This document shows, one piece after another, positions 27,954-37,064 of a DNA stretch of 64,000 bases (within the stretch, counting starts at the first letter, position 1; every line of letters begins with the position of its first letter). Under the pieces are notes generated by a model, which saw only the letters and a program-made list of their open reading frames with translations, was not told where the DNA came from and ran no database searches. The DNA is from an uncultured bacterium (lineage in GTDB: Bacteria > Krumholzibacteriota > Krumholzibacteriia > JACNKJ01): positions 3,328,001-3,392,000 of the forward strand of contig CAVOFT010000001.1 in assembly GCA_963695095.1 (NCBI GenBank), given 5' to 3'. A program made the translations under genes and the position numbers.

Positions 27954-29231
27954 ATGCGCCTCACCTGGTTTCTCGCCCTCAGACAGCTCGGTAGCCCCCG
28001 CCGCGGCCGCGCTGTGACGATGACGGCCCTGGTCGCCATGGGTGGCATCACTGTCGGCGTCCTCGCGCTGACGGTGATCCTCTCCGTGATGAACGGGCTC
28101 GAGGCGGAACTGCGCCGCCTGATCAACGACGGCGAAGCGCACATCGAGCTGCGGCCAGCCGGCAGCGGCGCGATCGCGGCGCCGGAGGGCATCCTGGACG
28201 CTCTGGCCGCACGCCCCGCCGTCGCGGCCGCTGCGCCCTTCGTCCGCTCCGAGGTGCTCGCGGTCGCGGCCGGCGCCAGCGGGCACGAACTCATGGAGAC
28301 GGCCACCCTGAGCGGCATCGCCCCCGCCCGCGAGGCGGCGGTGACGGGCGTGCTCGCCATGAGCTATCCCGACTTCACCGGCTTCGCGCCCCACCCCGGC
28401 TGGATCCTCCCCGAGGGCGACAGCGGCGAGCCTGGCATTCTCCTCGGCGAGGAACTCGCGCGCAATCTCCAGCTCGGCCTCGGCGAGCGACTGCGGCTCG
28501 TCGTACCCGACGCCAGCACCCTGGCCACCAGCGATCTGGACTCCCTGCGCGGCCGCGAGGCCTGGTTCCGCCTCGTCGGCTTCGTGGATGCGGGGCTCTA
28601 TGAGTTCAACGCGACCCGCGCCTTTGCCGACATCGCCGTCTGCGCCGATTTCCTGCAGGTGACCGGTGCCGCCCAGGGCATTGGCGTCCGCTGCCGGCGT
28701 CCGGAGCGGGCAGGCGCCGTAGCGGAGAGCTTGCTCAGCCTGCCGGCCCTGGCCGGCTTCCGCGCGGAGACCTGGCAGCAGCGCAACCAGGTGCTCTTCG
28801 ACGCGATGCGGCGTGAGAAGGTGATGATGTACCTCTTCCTCCTGCTCACGGTGTCCGTGGCCAGCTTGGGCATCGTCAGCGCCTTGACGCTGATGGTCAG
28901 CGCCAAGCGCGCCGAGCTGGGGATCCTGCGCACCCTGGGCATGAGCCGCGGCGGCATCCTGGGCCTCGTGGTGCTGGAAGGCTGGCTGGTTGGACTGCTC
29001 GGCGTGCTGGCCGGCCTCGCGGGCGGCTGGCTGCTCGGGCTCTTCCTGCAGAGCCATCCCCTGCACATCCCCTGGGACCTCTTCGTGCTCGAGACGGTCC
29101 CAGTCTTGCTGAATCCCATTGACTTCCTGCGGGTTGGAGCCATTACGCTGGCGGTCTGCCTGCTGGCCACCCTCTATCCCGGCTGGGAGGCGGCGCGCCT
29201 GGATCCCATCGCGGCGATCCGGGCCCTCTGA
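27954..29231 (+). CDS. LolC/E-family (MacB/FtsX-like) ABC transporter permease
   Basis: GITVGVLALTVILSVMNG, GLYEFN, KRAELGILRTLG, ATLYP..AARLDP. Confidence 0.92.
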   Translation: MRLTWFLALRQLGSPRRGRAVTMTALVAMGGITVGVLALTVILSVMNGLEAELRRLINDGEAHIELRPAGSGAIAAPEGILDALAARPAVAAAAPFVRSEVLAVAAGASGHELMETATLSGIAPAREAAVTGVLAMSYPDFTGFAPHPGWILPEGDSGEPGILLGEELARNLQLGLGERLRLVVPDASTLATSDLDSLRGREAWFRLVGFVDAGLYEFNATRAFADIAVCADFLQVTGAAQGIGVRCRRPERAGAVAESLLSLPALAGFRAETWQQRNQVLFDAMRREKVMMYLFLLLTVSVASLGIVSALTLMVSAKRAELGILRTLGMSRGGILGLVVLEGWLVGLLGVLAGLAGGWLLGLFLQSHPLHIPWDLFVLETVPVLLNPIDFLRVGAITLAVCLLATLYPGWEAARLDPIAAIRAL

Positions 29232-29255
29232 CGCCGCGGGCGAAAGGGTCGCGCA

Positions 29256-30056
29256 TTGGGCATCGATTACGTCATCCCCTTTCCCTGCCGCAATCGGGAG
29301 GAACTCGGCGAGCCCGGGCTGCGCCGCTGGACCTTCCTCTTCATGATTCACAAGTACCTGCAGGATCACCCGGAGCTGAGCCGCCGCGGCCTCGAAGCCA
29401 AGGAATGGCAGATGCCCTCCTACAAGGGCGAGTTCAGCGAGCCGCAGAGCTTCACCATCGAGGATGTGCGCCAGGTCGGCGCCGCCATCGGCCAGCGCTT
29501 GCGCATCTGCCAGGACTGCCAGGCCAACCTGGATCCCAAGGCCGAGGAGTTCGGCTGCGTGGGGCGGATCAACTACCCCTTGCTGGCCAGTTTCGAGGAC
29601 TTCATCGCCGAGCGGCTGCAGCGCGTCATCGACCGCCGCGGTGTGGAAGAGTGGCCGACCCTCCTCAACCTGATCCTCCGCAGCGACTCGCCCTTCGACG
29701 GCGCCACCATTGCCCGACTGCGGGCCACCGAGCTGCGCGGCGGCAGCCGCCTGCTCGAACGCCGGGAGCCCGTGGCCTTTCAGCGGGCCGGCGACGGCAT
29801 CTCCACCGACCACATTCTGCACGCCCTGCTCGGCCTCGCCTCCCCCAGCCACGCCGAGACCGGCTACAGCCGCGAGATTCCTCGGGAGCTGGTGAGCATC
29901 TACATGGACTTCCTGGCCGGACTGCTCTACGCGCACCTCAGCGAGGAGCGCGTCGTCGACTTCTCCCGCAGCTGCTCGACCTATCTGCAGTTTCGCTGGA
30001 TGCACCGGGCCCTGCGCCTGGCCTTCAAGCTGGACGCGCCGCTGCTCATCCACTGA
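29256..30056 (+). CDS. Hypothetical protein with Cys motifs
   Basis: Protein-like composition and GC3 bias; PFPC, CQDC, FGCVGRINYP. TTG start is uncertain. Confidence 0.75.
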   Translation: MGIDYVIPFPCRNREELGEPGLRRWTFLFMIHKYLQDHPELSRRGLEAKEWQMPSYKGEFSEPQSFTIEDVRQVGAAIGQRLRICQDCQANLDPKAEEFGCVGRINYPLLASFEDFIAERLQRVIDRRGVEEWPTLLNLILRSDSPFDGATIARLRATELRGGSRLLERREPVAFQRAGDGISTDHILHALLGLASPSHAETGYSREIPRELVSIYMDFLAGLLYAHLSEERVVDFSRSCSTYLQFRWMHRALRLAFKLDAPLLIH

Positions 30057-30064
30057 GGACGGGC

Positions 30065-31546
30065 CTAGATCTCGTGGGGGAGCACTTCCTCGGGGCTGAG
30101 GAAGTACTTGTCGGCCGGGTAGAAGAGGACGTTGCTCACGCGCGAGGTGTAGAGGCAGGCGAAGTCGCCCATCTGGTCCCCGAAGCGACTCAGCTCGTTC
30201 TCCACCTTGCACAGGGGCCCCCAGTAGGGGTTGAAGCGCCGCCGGATGCCGGCCTCGATCTCCTTGATCGCCAGCAGGTTCGCCGTCAGCTGCTGGTCGA
30301 GCGCCCGTTCCTCGGCGCTCTGGTGGACAAGGCGTTCGTCGATGGCCCGCATGGCCTCGGGCGCCAGGGAGCGGTAGCCGGTGAGCTTGGCTTGCCGGGC
30401 GGCGTCCAGGGCCTCGCGCACCTCGAGGAGGCGCTCCAGGATGGCCTCGTTCTCCGCCTGCAGCCCGTCGATGCGCTCGGTGTCCGGGGCGCTGGCTTCC
30501 ATGGCCCGCAGCTCGTGCTCCAGCTCCTCGACGATCATCATCGTCCGCCAGCCGCAGCTCTTCTTGGAGCGCAGGATGTCCCCGTAGATGTGATCGCCGA
30601 CATAGAGGATCGCGTCCCCCGCTGCCCCGAGCTCTTGCTGGAGGAGCTGGACGTTGCCGCCGGCGAAACAGGGAACGCCGTGGCAGTCGCCTTCCACTGG
30701 CCGCCAGGCCGCCTGCTCCGAAAAGAAGCCCGGCTTGCGGGAATCCGTGACGATCAGGTCGAAGTAGGCCCACCAGGGCCGCTCGAGCAGCCCATCCGCC
30801 AGAACGTAGGCGAGAACGGCCTCCGTGTACTCGAGATCCGAGTTCGTGAGCAGGAAGAGCTTCTTCCCGGAGCGGCGCAGCTTGTCCAGGGCCGCCGGCA
30901 GCCGCGGATCGCGCAGGAAGCACTCCCCCAGCCGATCGAGGATGAGGCTCTTCAAGGTCCCATCCCGGTGCACCTGATCGACGCTGCTGCGGATCTCGTC
31001 GAAGAGGCGGCGGTAGTCCGGTTCGCTCTGGGCTTCGGCTTCGAGCGCCTGGACCACGCCGGCGTAGAGGGAGATCTCCGGCAGGCCGAAGAGCGTATCG
31101 TTGCTCCAGAAGCGGTCGCCGGACATGCGCAGGCCGTCGCTCGTGTAGAGGTCCTTCCGCTTGTCCTTGTCCAGACGCCGGCGTCCGTGCAGGGCTTCGG
31201 CAACATACTGGAACTTGTCCATTTTCAGGATGTTGCCCTTCTCCTTGTCCACCACCAGGCCGCGGATCCCGAAGTCCGGGTCGTAGCGCACCTCGCGCAG
31301 GAGGGCGGGGTAGCCATGGTCGCGGATGAGGGCATCCTTGGCGAGATCGAAGGCCAGGGCCTCGATGAAGTTGCGGTTGTAGAGGGCCAGGGTATGGTCC
31401 ATGTCGAAGCCCACCCAGCGGATGCTGCCCATGCGCAGGTTCCGATTGACGAAGATCCGGTTGGGCTTGGCGATGAAGCGCTCGAAGCGGTGCGAGGCCA
31501 CCGTCGGCAGTCTGTAGTCGGGGAGGTCGGAGGCCTTGCGCATCAT
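30065..31546 (-). CDS. HAD-IG (cN-II/NT5C2-type) 5'-nucleotidase
   Basis: RIFVNRNL, GFDMDHTL, FLLTNS, KPGFF, YVGDHIYGDI, WRT..IVEEL, FACLYTSRVSN. Confidence 0.95.
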   Translation of the reverse strand: MMRKASDLPDYRLPTVASHRFERFIAKPNRIFVNRNLRMGSIRWVGFDMDHTLALYNRNFIEALAFDLAKDALIRDHGYPALLREVRYDPDFGIRGLVVDKEKGNILKMDKFQYVAEALHGRRRLDKDKRKDLYTSDGLRMSGDRFWSNDTLFGLPEISLYAGVVQALEAEAQSEPDYRRLFDEIRSSVDQVHRDGTLKSLILDRLGECFLRDPRLPAALDKLRRSGKKLFLLTNSDLEYTEAVLAYVLADGLLERPWWAYFDLIVTDSRKPGFFSEQAAWRPVEGDCHGVPCFAGGNVQLLQQELGAAGDAILYVGDHIYGDILRSKKSCGWRTMMIVEELEHELRAMEASAPDTERIDGLQAENEAILERLLEVREALDAARQAKLTGYRSLAPEAMRAIDERLVHQSAEERALDQQLTANLLAIKEIEAGIRRRFNPYWGPLCKVENELSRFGDQMGDFACLYTSRVSNVLFYPADKYFLSPEEVLPHEI

Positions 31547-31619
31547 CGTCCTGAGAATGTGGGCCAGCGCCGGGCGCGCGGCAAGGCGAAGCCAGAGGAT
31601 GGTGAGAACTTCCCGTTAA

Positions 31620-31636
31620 TGCATAATCCTTGCCAA
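31620..31636 (-). promoter_or_regulatory. Candidate sigma54 (-24/-12) promoter for the 5'-nucleotidase
   Basis: Minus strand TTGGCAAGGATTATGCA with exact GG-N10-GC spacing. Confidence 0.5.
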
Positions 31637-31730
31637 TAGTGCCGAGGCTGCACAAATTCCTTCGACAGGGGCTTGACCGCACTCCCCCCGTCTGCCAGAC
31701 TCAGCGCTTGACCCCAACCACTGGCCGTTC

Positions 31731-32237
31731 ATGAAGACCACCCTCGCGCCTGTCCTTGCCCTCGTGCTCACCCTGGGTCTGCGCCCTGCCCAGCCCTGGC
31801 AGCAGCAGGCTTCAGAGGCGGGCCCGGAGGCGGACTCCGCTTCGGGGCTGCAGCTCGCCTCCCCGACCTGGGCTGTGGTGGACGAATGGCTAGGCCTGCT
31901 CAGTGCGCCCATCTATGCCGTCACCGTGACCGGCTACTCCAGCAGCGCGGCCCAGTGTGACGCCACCCCCCACCTGACGGCGACCGGGACCCCTGTTCGG
32001 CGTGGCATCATCGCCCTGAGCCGGGACCTGCTGCAGCAATTCAACCCCGAGGCCCCCTTCAGCTGGGGCGACCGGGTGCACGTGGAGGGTCTGGGAGAGT
32101 TCATCGTCGAGGATACGATGAGCGGGCGCTATGCCCGGCGGGCCGACATCTGGTTCCCGGATTCCTCGAGCGCCGCCGCCTGGGGGATCCAGGAACTGAA
32201 GCTGGCGCCGATCCCGGAGAATCCGCTGGGCCTCTAG
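31731..32237 (+). CDS. Secreted 3D-domain protein (peptidoglycan-related)
   Basis: Signal peptide; VTGYSS, TATG, IALSRD, VEDTM, ADIWF. Confidence 0.88.
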   Translation: MKTTLAPVLALVLTLGLRPAQPWQQQASEAGPEADSASGLQLASPTWAVVDEWLGLLSAPIYAVTVTGYSSSAAQCDATPHLTATGTPVRRGIIALSRDLLQQFNPEAPFSWGDRVHVEGLGEFIVEDTMSGRYARRADIWFPDSSSAAAWGIQELKLAPIPENPLGL

Positions 32238-32246
32238 GCCGACGGC

Positions 32247-32277
32247 AAAGGGAAACGGGAGCCCGTCCGGACTCCCG
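32247..32277 (-). terminator. Intrinsic terminator after the sugar transferase
   Basis: Minus strand CGGGAGTCC-GGAC-GGGCTCCCG followed by TTTCCCTTT. Confidence 0.65.
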
Positions 32278-32307
32278 CCACTCAGTAATCCATTCAAAGA
32301 CAGCGAT

Positions 32308-33141
32308 TTACATCGCGCCTTCGCCGCGCACGACAACGCGCAGGGTGCGGAAGATGATCTTCAGGTCGTTCACCAGCGAGCACTTCTGGATGTAGTAGCG
32401 ATCCAGGGTGATCTTGCGGCGGATGTGCTCCAGATCCGTGTCGTAGCCGTTGCGGATCTGGGCCAGGCCGGTGATGCCCGGCCTGACGCCGAGGCGGTCG
32501 GTATAGCCCGGGATCTGCTCGGCCAGATAGGCGATGATCTCCGGGCGCTCCGGGCGCGGGCCGACGATGCTCATGTCGCCCCTGAGGACATTCCAGAACT
32601 GGGGCAGCTCGTCGATGCGGGTCCGGCGCATGAGCTTGCCCAGGCGAGTCACGCGGGCATCGTTCTTCTTCGCGAGCTGGATGCCGTTCTTTTCAGCATC
32701 CGTCACCATGCTCCGGAACTTGTAGATCTGGAAGGGGCGGCCGGGCACGCCGGTCCGCCGCCGGTCCAGTCGCCGACGCTCGTCGAGCACGCGGATCTTC
32801 GTGTTTCGCCGGCGGTCGTCGGTACGCAGGTTCAAACCCGTGCGCAACTGCTTGTAGATCACCGGACCCGGGCTCTCCACCCTGATGAGGATGGCCAGGA
32901 TCAGGAAGAGGGGGCTCAGGAGGATCAGGGCCAAGGACGAAGCCACGATGTCGAAGCCCCGGATGGCGCGGCGCGTCAGCGGGCTGAGGAAGCGCTCATT
33001 GGGGATGGGACCGCGCTTGTGGTAGCTGCTCAGCCAGGTCAGCGTGGGGTCAGCATCGAGATCGATGACCGTGCTGAGTTCCGGCCGTGCCTTGCTGCGG
33101 AAGGACTCCAGGAAGTCGTCGGCAAAGACTGTCTTTTTCAT
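32308..33141 (-). CDS. Priming polyprenyl-phosphate glycosylphosphotransferase (Bac_transf family)
   Basis: [59 protein letters not shown]. Confidence 0.95.
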   Translation of the reverse strand: MKKTVFADDFLESFRSKARPELSTVIDLDADPTLTWLSSYHKRGPIPNERFLSPLTRRAIRGFDIVASSLALILLSPLFLILAILIRVESPGPVIYKQLRTGLNLRTDDRRRNTKIRVLDERRRLDRRRTGVPGRPFQIYKFRSMVTDAEKNGIQLAKKNDARVTRLGKLMRRTRIDELPQFWNVLRGDMSIVGPRPERPEIIAYLAEQIPGYTDRLGVRPGITGLAQIRNGYDTDLEHIRRKITLDRYYIQKCSLVNDLKIIFRTLRVVVRGEGAM

Positions 33142-33187
33142 CGTAGACCACGCCTGCTGTTCGTCACATGGGGTGCCAAGGCACTGA

Positions 33188-33204
33188 CGCAATCAGGATA
33201 CCAA
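33188..33204 (-). promoter_or_regulatory. Candidate sigma54 (-24/-12) promoter for the priming transferase
   Basis: Minus strand TTGGTATCCTGATTGCG, GG-N10-GC with TTGC at -12, ~47 bp upstream of ATG 33141. Confidence 0.55.
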
Positions 33205-33544
33205 GTCGAGGAACGCCGGCATGTAAGGGTTCCCACATTCTGCACAGATTCGGCCGGCTAAAAAAAATCAGGGCGAATCCTGTGTTTCCCCCTGTGCCCC
33301 TCGAGATCCCGCGAGCCCGAGCCATGGCGTCACACTCCGCCGCCGCTCTCACCCGCCGGGTTCATGTCTGCCTACCGGAATCCATTCCGGACAGCACTTC
33401 CTACCGGGCTTCAGTATACAACCCCGCTCCTTGGAGCCGCAAGTGGGTCAGATGCTAAATCACGAAAATATAAGAAGAAGGCCCACCTGATTCGCTGAAT
33501 TCAGACATCAATACCGCCTACTTGGATTCGCCGTACACCCTAGA

Positions 33545-33571
33545 TAGGGTGGCTGGTTAGGGTGGCTAACC
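33545..33571. repeat. 10-bp direct repeat TAGGGTGGCT overlapping a GGTTAG/CTAACC inverted repeat
   Basis: Copies at 33545-54 and 33558-67; inverted arms at 33555-60 and 33566-71. Confidence 0.8.
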
Positions 33572-33621
33572 GCTAGATCCTGTGCTCTATCGACTGAGGC
33601 CGGCGAGGCGTCACCACCCGG

Positions 33622-34734
33622 CTAGAAGCGCGCACTCAGGCCCAGCGCGGGCGCGCCGCTTGGGGCCGCCAGCAGGCTCAGCCTGGGCACTTGGCCCCGC
33701 GGCCGCGCCCCCTCCGGGTGGCTGAGCAGGGCGTCCAGGGTGTTCACCAGCCACAGGCCGCCAGCCATGGCGGCAAGGAGGTGAAGATCGTCCTCCGCCT
33801 CCTGCAGTCGCGATTCGAGGTGGCGTAGCTGCTCGGCTTCCGTCGCCTCCAGGCCACCCTGGCTCAGGAAGCTGCGCGTCTGTTCCAAGTGGAGTTCGTG
33901 GAGGTCTCGGCGGCTGTAGGTATCCAGGAGTTCCTGCACCAGGAAGACCTCGCCCGCCAGATAAACGCTCGACCGCCACTGGTGCCGATAAGCCTGCCCC
34001 ATGCCGGGCAAGACCATCGAGGCCAGGACCGCCTTGCCCCGCGAGAGCCGCGGCACCTGCAGCCCGAGCTGCTGCCCGCGAGTCTCGGCATCCAGAGGTC
34101 GGTTGAACCACCAGGCCTCGACCGCACTCAGCCCGAGGAACGCACCCGCGAAGCGCAGCTGGCGGTCCCGGTGATGCTTGGACTCCGACCACCTGGCCAG
34201 CGCGAGCTTCGCCTCCTGCTCGTAGGTCGTCGGATCGTTGGCGTCCTCGGCCAGGCTGCGCCAGCGCTCGTAGTCGGCCAGAGCGGCATCGCGATCGTCC
34301 CCGGCCCAGACGATGCCCAGGCCGAGATAGGCCGCACTCGCCAGCTCCACGGCGCCGTGCAGCCGGCGTCCCGAGACCATGCTGCCCGCGCCGGGCAGCA
34401 GGATGCCGAGCAGGGCGCGGCGGCCGGCATCGTTCGTGAGCACGGGGTGGCCTTGGGCGTCCCAGCCGAGTCTGGCCCGGCGCGATTCGAAGCCTCGCCC
34501 ACCGACCCGCAGGCGCGTGTAGGCCGCGCCGTTGCTGAGGCTGAAGGGCGTCATCGCCTTCAGCGGCTGCGGGCCATCCAAAGTGACGGGCAGGCCTGCC
34601 TCCGCAGAGAGCACGCCCAGCTCCTGGGCGCTTGCCGGCGGCGCCTCGGCCAGGCCGATCAAAGCAAGGGCCAGCAGCCCAAGACCGAGAAGGCGCAGGT
34701 GCCGGGCGTGCTGCTTCGAGGTTGCCATCATCAT
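33622..34734 (-). CDS. Hypothetical envelope protein with two DUF5683-like repeats
   Basis: Signal peptide; two LPG.G segments each followed by hydrophobic and coiled stretches; ends ALGLSARF. Confidence 0.75.
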   Translation of the reverse strand: MMMATSKQHARHLRLLGLGLLALALIGLAEAPPASAQELGVLSAEAGLPVTLDGPQPLKAMTPFSLSNGAAYTRLRVGGRGFESRRARLGWDAQGHPVLTNDAGRRALLGILLPGAGSMVSGRRLHGAVELASAAYLGLGIVWAGDDRDAALADYERWRSLAEDANDPTTYEQEAKLALARWSESKHHRDRQLRFAGAFLGLSAVEAWWFNRPLDAETRGQQLGLQVPRLSRGKAVLASMVLPGMGQAYRHQWRSSVYLAGEVFLVQELLDTYSRRDLHELHLEQTRSFLSQGGLEATEAEQLRHLESRLQEAEDDLHLLAAMAGGLWLVNTLDALLSHPEGARPRGQVPRLSLLAAPSGAPALGLSARF

Positions 34735-35753
34735 CAACTCCCGCTCGCTTCCAGCTCGGGCTTCGCCTCGCGAGCTGCGCTTGAGGTATCGAATCCTGCC
34801 CAGAGCCGCGCGCCCAGGTGCCAGCGCCGATCCAGCCAGAGCAAGGCCAGCAGGCCCAGACCCACGGCGAACCAGAGCGTGCTGGCGCGGATGATCACCG
34901 TGGCGGCGGCCGCCGGGCCCGCGGGCAACCCCGCGCCACGCCCCAGCATCAGGGCCAGGCTGCCCTCCGTGACTCCCAGGCCGCCGGGAACGAAGGCCAG
35001 GGCGCCCAGCAGCGTTGCCAGCGAGTAGAAGCCCACGGCCTGGCCGAGGGCGAGCTGCTGCCCGCAGGCCCGCGCTGCGTAGACCAGGGCCCAGCCCTCC
35101 CAGAACCAGGCAAGCGCGCTCACCAGAAGCAGCAGGGGCAGGTCGCGAGGCCGCAGCAGGACCCGCGCGCTCGCGAGCGCGCCGCGCATCGCCGCGCTGC
35201 GCGCCCGCAGCGCAGGCAGGCGGCCGAGAGCGCCCAGGAGGCCCTGCTCCATGCGCCCGGAGCCCAGCACGACGAGCAGCAGAATGAGCAGGAAGGCACC
35301 GGCCAGCCAGGCCAGGCCGCCCTGGCGCCCGCTCCAGACGCCCAGCGCCGCCAGCAGCAGCAGCCCCCCCAGATCCGTGATGCGTTCGGCCAGTACCACT
35401 GGCGCCGTGCGCGCCAGGGGCGCCCCGTTGATATGCTTCAGGAGCACGGACTTGAAGACCTCGCCGAGCTTGCCCGGCGTCACCGAAAAGGTGAAGCCGC
35501 CCACGAAGACCGCCACGCTGTCGGCTCGCCGAAGGCGCAATCCCAGGCGACGCAGGAAGAACTCCCAGCGCCCGAAGCGCGTGAGGTAGTTGGCCAGCGA
35601 GAAGGCGAGCAGCAGCGGCAGCCAGATCGGCCGCAGGCCACGCAGCGAGGCAGCGGTCGCCCCGAGATCGGCGAACAGGGCCAGGATCAGCATCACCAGC
35701 AGGCCCGCGGCCAGGGACAGCCAGAGGGTGCGGCTAAGGCGCGGGCCCGCCAT
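34734..35753 (-). CDS. Lysylphosphatidylglycerol-synthase TM (flippase-like) protein
   Basis: Polytopic; RFGRW, TPGKLGE, ERITD, PGGLGVTEG. Confidence 0.9.
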   Translation of the reverse strand: MAGPRLSRTLWLSLAAGLLVMLILALFADLGATAASLRGLRPIWLPLLLAFSLANYLTRFGRWEFFLRRLGLRLRRADSVAVFVGGFTFSVTPGKLGEVFKSVLLKHINGAPLARTAPVVLAERITDLGGLLLLAALGVWSGRQGGLAWLAGAFLLILLLVVLGSGRMEQGLLGALGRLPALRARSAAMRGALASARVLLRPRDLPLLLLVSALAWFWEGWALVYAARACGQQLALGQAVGFYSLATLLGALAFVPGGLGVTEGSLALMLGRGAGLPAGPAAAATVIIRASTLWFAVGLGLLALLWLDRRWHLGARLWAGFDTSSAAREAKPELEASGS

Positions 35754-35756
35754 GAC

Positions 35757-36770
35757 CTAGTTGTTCCTCAGCAGGATGAAGCTGGTCATGAGGGTGGCGA
35801 AGGTCGTCAAGATGGCCAGATTCGAGCGGATGAGCCCGATCACCGCTGTTTGGCGCGGGATGAAGATGGTATCGCCGACCTGGACCTTGGGATTGTGGCT
35901 GGCATCGGCGTCGGCGAGGTACTCCTTGAGATTCATCTCCAGGCGCAGCAGGCTGCCGTCGGGGCGCGGGCGCAGCAGGACCACCTTGCCCAGATCCGCG
36001 TCGCTCAGGGGACCGCCTGCCTGGAGCACGAAGCCCAGCACGTCGCGGGCCCCGGCCTCCACTCGGTAGACCCCGGGGTTCAGCACCTGGCCGAACACGT
36101 AGATGCCGTCGCTGCCCACGTAGCCAGCGGGGTTGACGGGCCGATGCGGCACCTCGACCGTCTCGCCGGGCGCGAGCTCCGGCAGCGCGAGCACACCCTC
36201 CTGAGCGGTCAGGGCTTCGATGTTGTAGGTCTCGAGCACCTGCTGGCCGTCGCGCAGGCGATAGACCCGCACATGGCTGAGGTCGCCGTCGGGAGCGACC
36301 CCGCCCGCCTCGCGAATCGCCCGCCAGACATCCGGCATCGGCCAGGCCGCATAGCGACCAGGCGTGATCACGGCGCCGAGGACGTAGAAGGCCTTGCTGT
36401 TGTAGGCGGTGAGCTCCAGCGAGACGCGGCTGACGTTGCGGTGGAAGACCTGGATGCGCTCGACGATCTCCGCTTCGATCTCGGGCGCCGTTCGCCCGGC
36501 GGCCTGCACGTCGCCGATGAGGGGCACCGTGAAGCGGCCATTCTCGTCCACGGTGAGGCTGCGGTCCAGGTCGGGCACCTGCCACACACGCAGATTGAGG
36601 GCGTCGCTGGGTCCCAGGCGATACAGGGGTATCTCGGTTTGGGCCGCGCTGGGAATGGGCCAGGTGGCGGCCAGGAGCGCGGTCAGGAGCAGCACAACTG
36701 CCGGCGAGCAGCCCCGGTGGAGCCGAGGGCGACCAAGGCCGGGCCAGCGATAGAATTTGCGTGCAGGCAT
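35757..36770 (-). CDS. Polysaccharide export protein (Wza-like Poly_export + two SLBB domains)
   Basis: YRLGPSD.LNLRVW, VDENGRFTVPLIGDV.AAGRT, VLGAVITPG, VFGQVLNPG, GDTIFIP. Confidence 0.9.
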   Translation of the reverse strand: MPARKFYRWPGLGRPRLHRGCSPAVVLLLTALLAATWPIPSAAQTEIPLYRLGPSDALNLRVWQVPDLDRSLTVDENGRFTVPLIGDVQAAGRTAPEIEAEIVERIQVFHRNVSRVSLELTAYNSKAFYVLGAVITPGRYAAWPMPDVWRAIREAGGVAPDGDLSHVRVYRLRDGQQVLETYNIEALTAQEGVLALPELAPGETVEVPHRPVNPAGYVGSDGIYVFGQVLNPGVYRVEAGARDVLGFVLQAGGPLSDADLGKVVLLRPRPDGSLLRLEMNLKEYLADADASHNPKVQVGDTIFIPRQTAVIGLIRSNLAILTTFATLMTSFILLRNN

Positions 36771-36984
36771 CTTCCCCCCCGATCGGAAATCCCAAGGACA
36801 GTAAGCAGCCCCACAGGCAGTGTCTAGTGCTTTGTCGGACACCGGCACCGCTTCCCGCTCGGGGCCTGAACGGCAAGGTCGGCAAGGGCCTGCAAGCCCG
36901 GGAGCCGGCCTCCTGGTTCCGGGAGTCCTGGACCTGTATTTGCTTCTCGCCCGAAGAGCAGCTTGCCACTCGCCCGCCAGACAC

Positions 36985-37019
36985 AAGGAAAGGCCGCCCC
37001 TCCGTCAGGGGAGCGGCCT
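36985..37019 (-). terminator. Intrinsic terminator after the acyl-CoA ligase
   Basis: Minus strand AGGCCGCTCC...GGGGCGGCCT followed by TTCCTT. Confidence 0.6.
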
Positions 37020-37064
37020 GGCGGCATTTTCGGCGCTCGCCGGCCGACCGGCAGCGCCCGGATG

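Noticed and set aside
33163..33180. Second sigma54-like site TTGGCACCCCATGTGAC (minus strand)
   Set aside because: Good -24 element, but the -12 position reads GA rather than GC.
33205..33621. Riboswitch (c-di-GMP) or ops/JUMPstart element
   Set aside because: Only partial matches (GGCGGTAT on the minus strand); I could not build the consensus structure by eye. An Rfam scan is needed.
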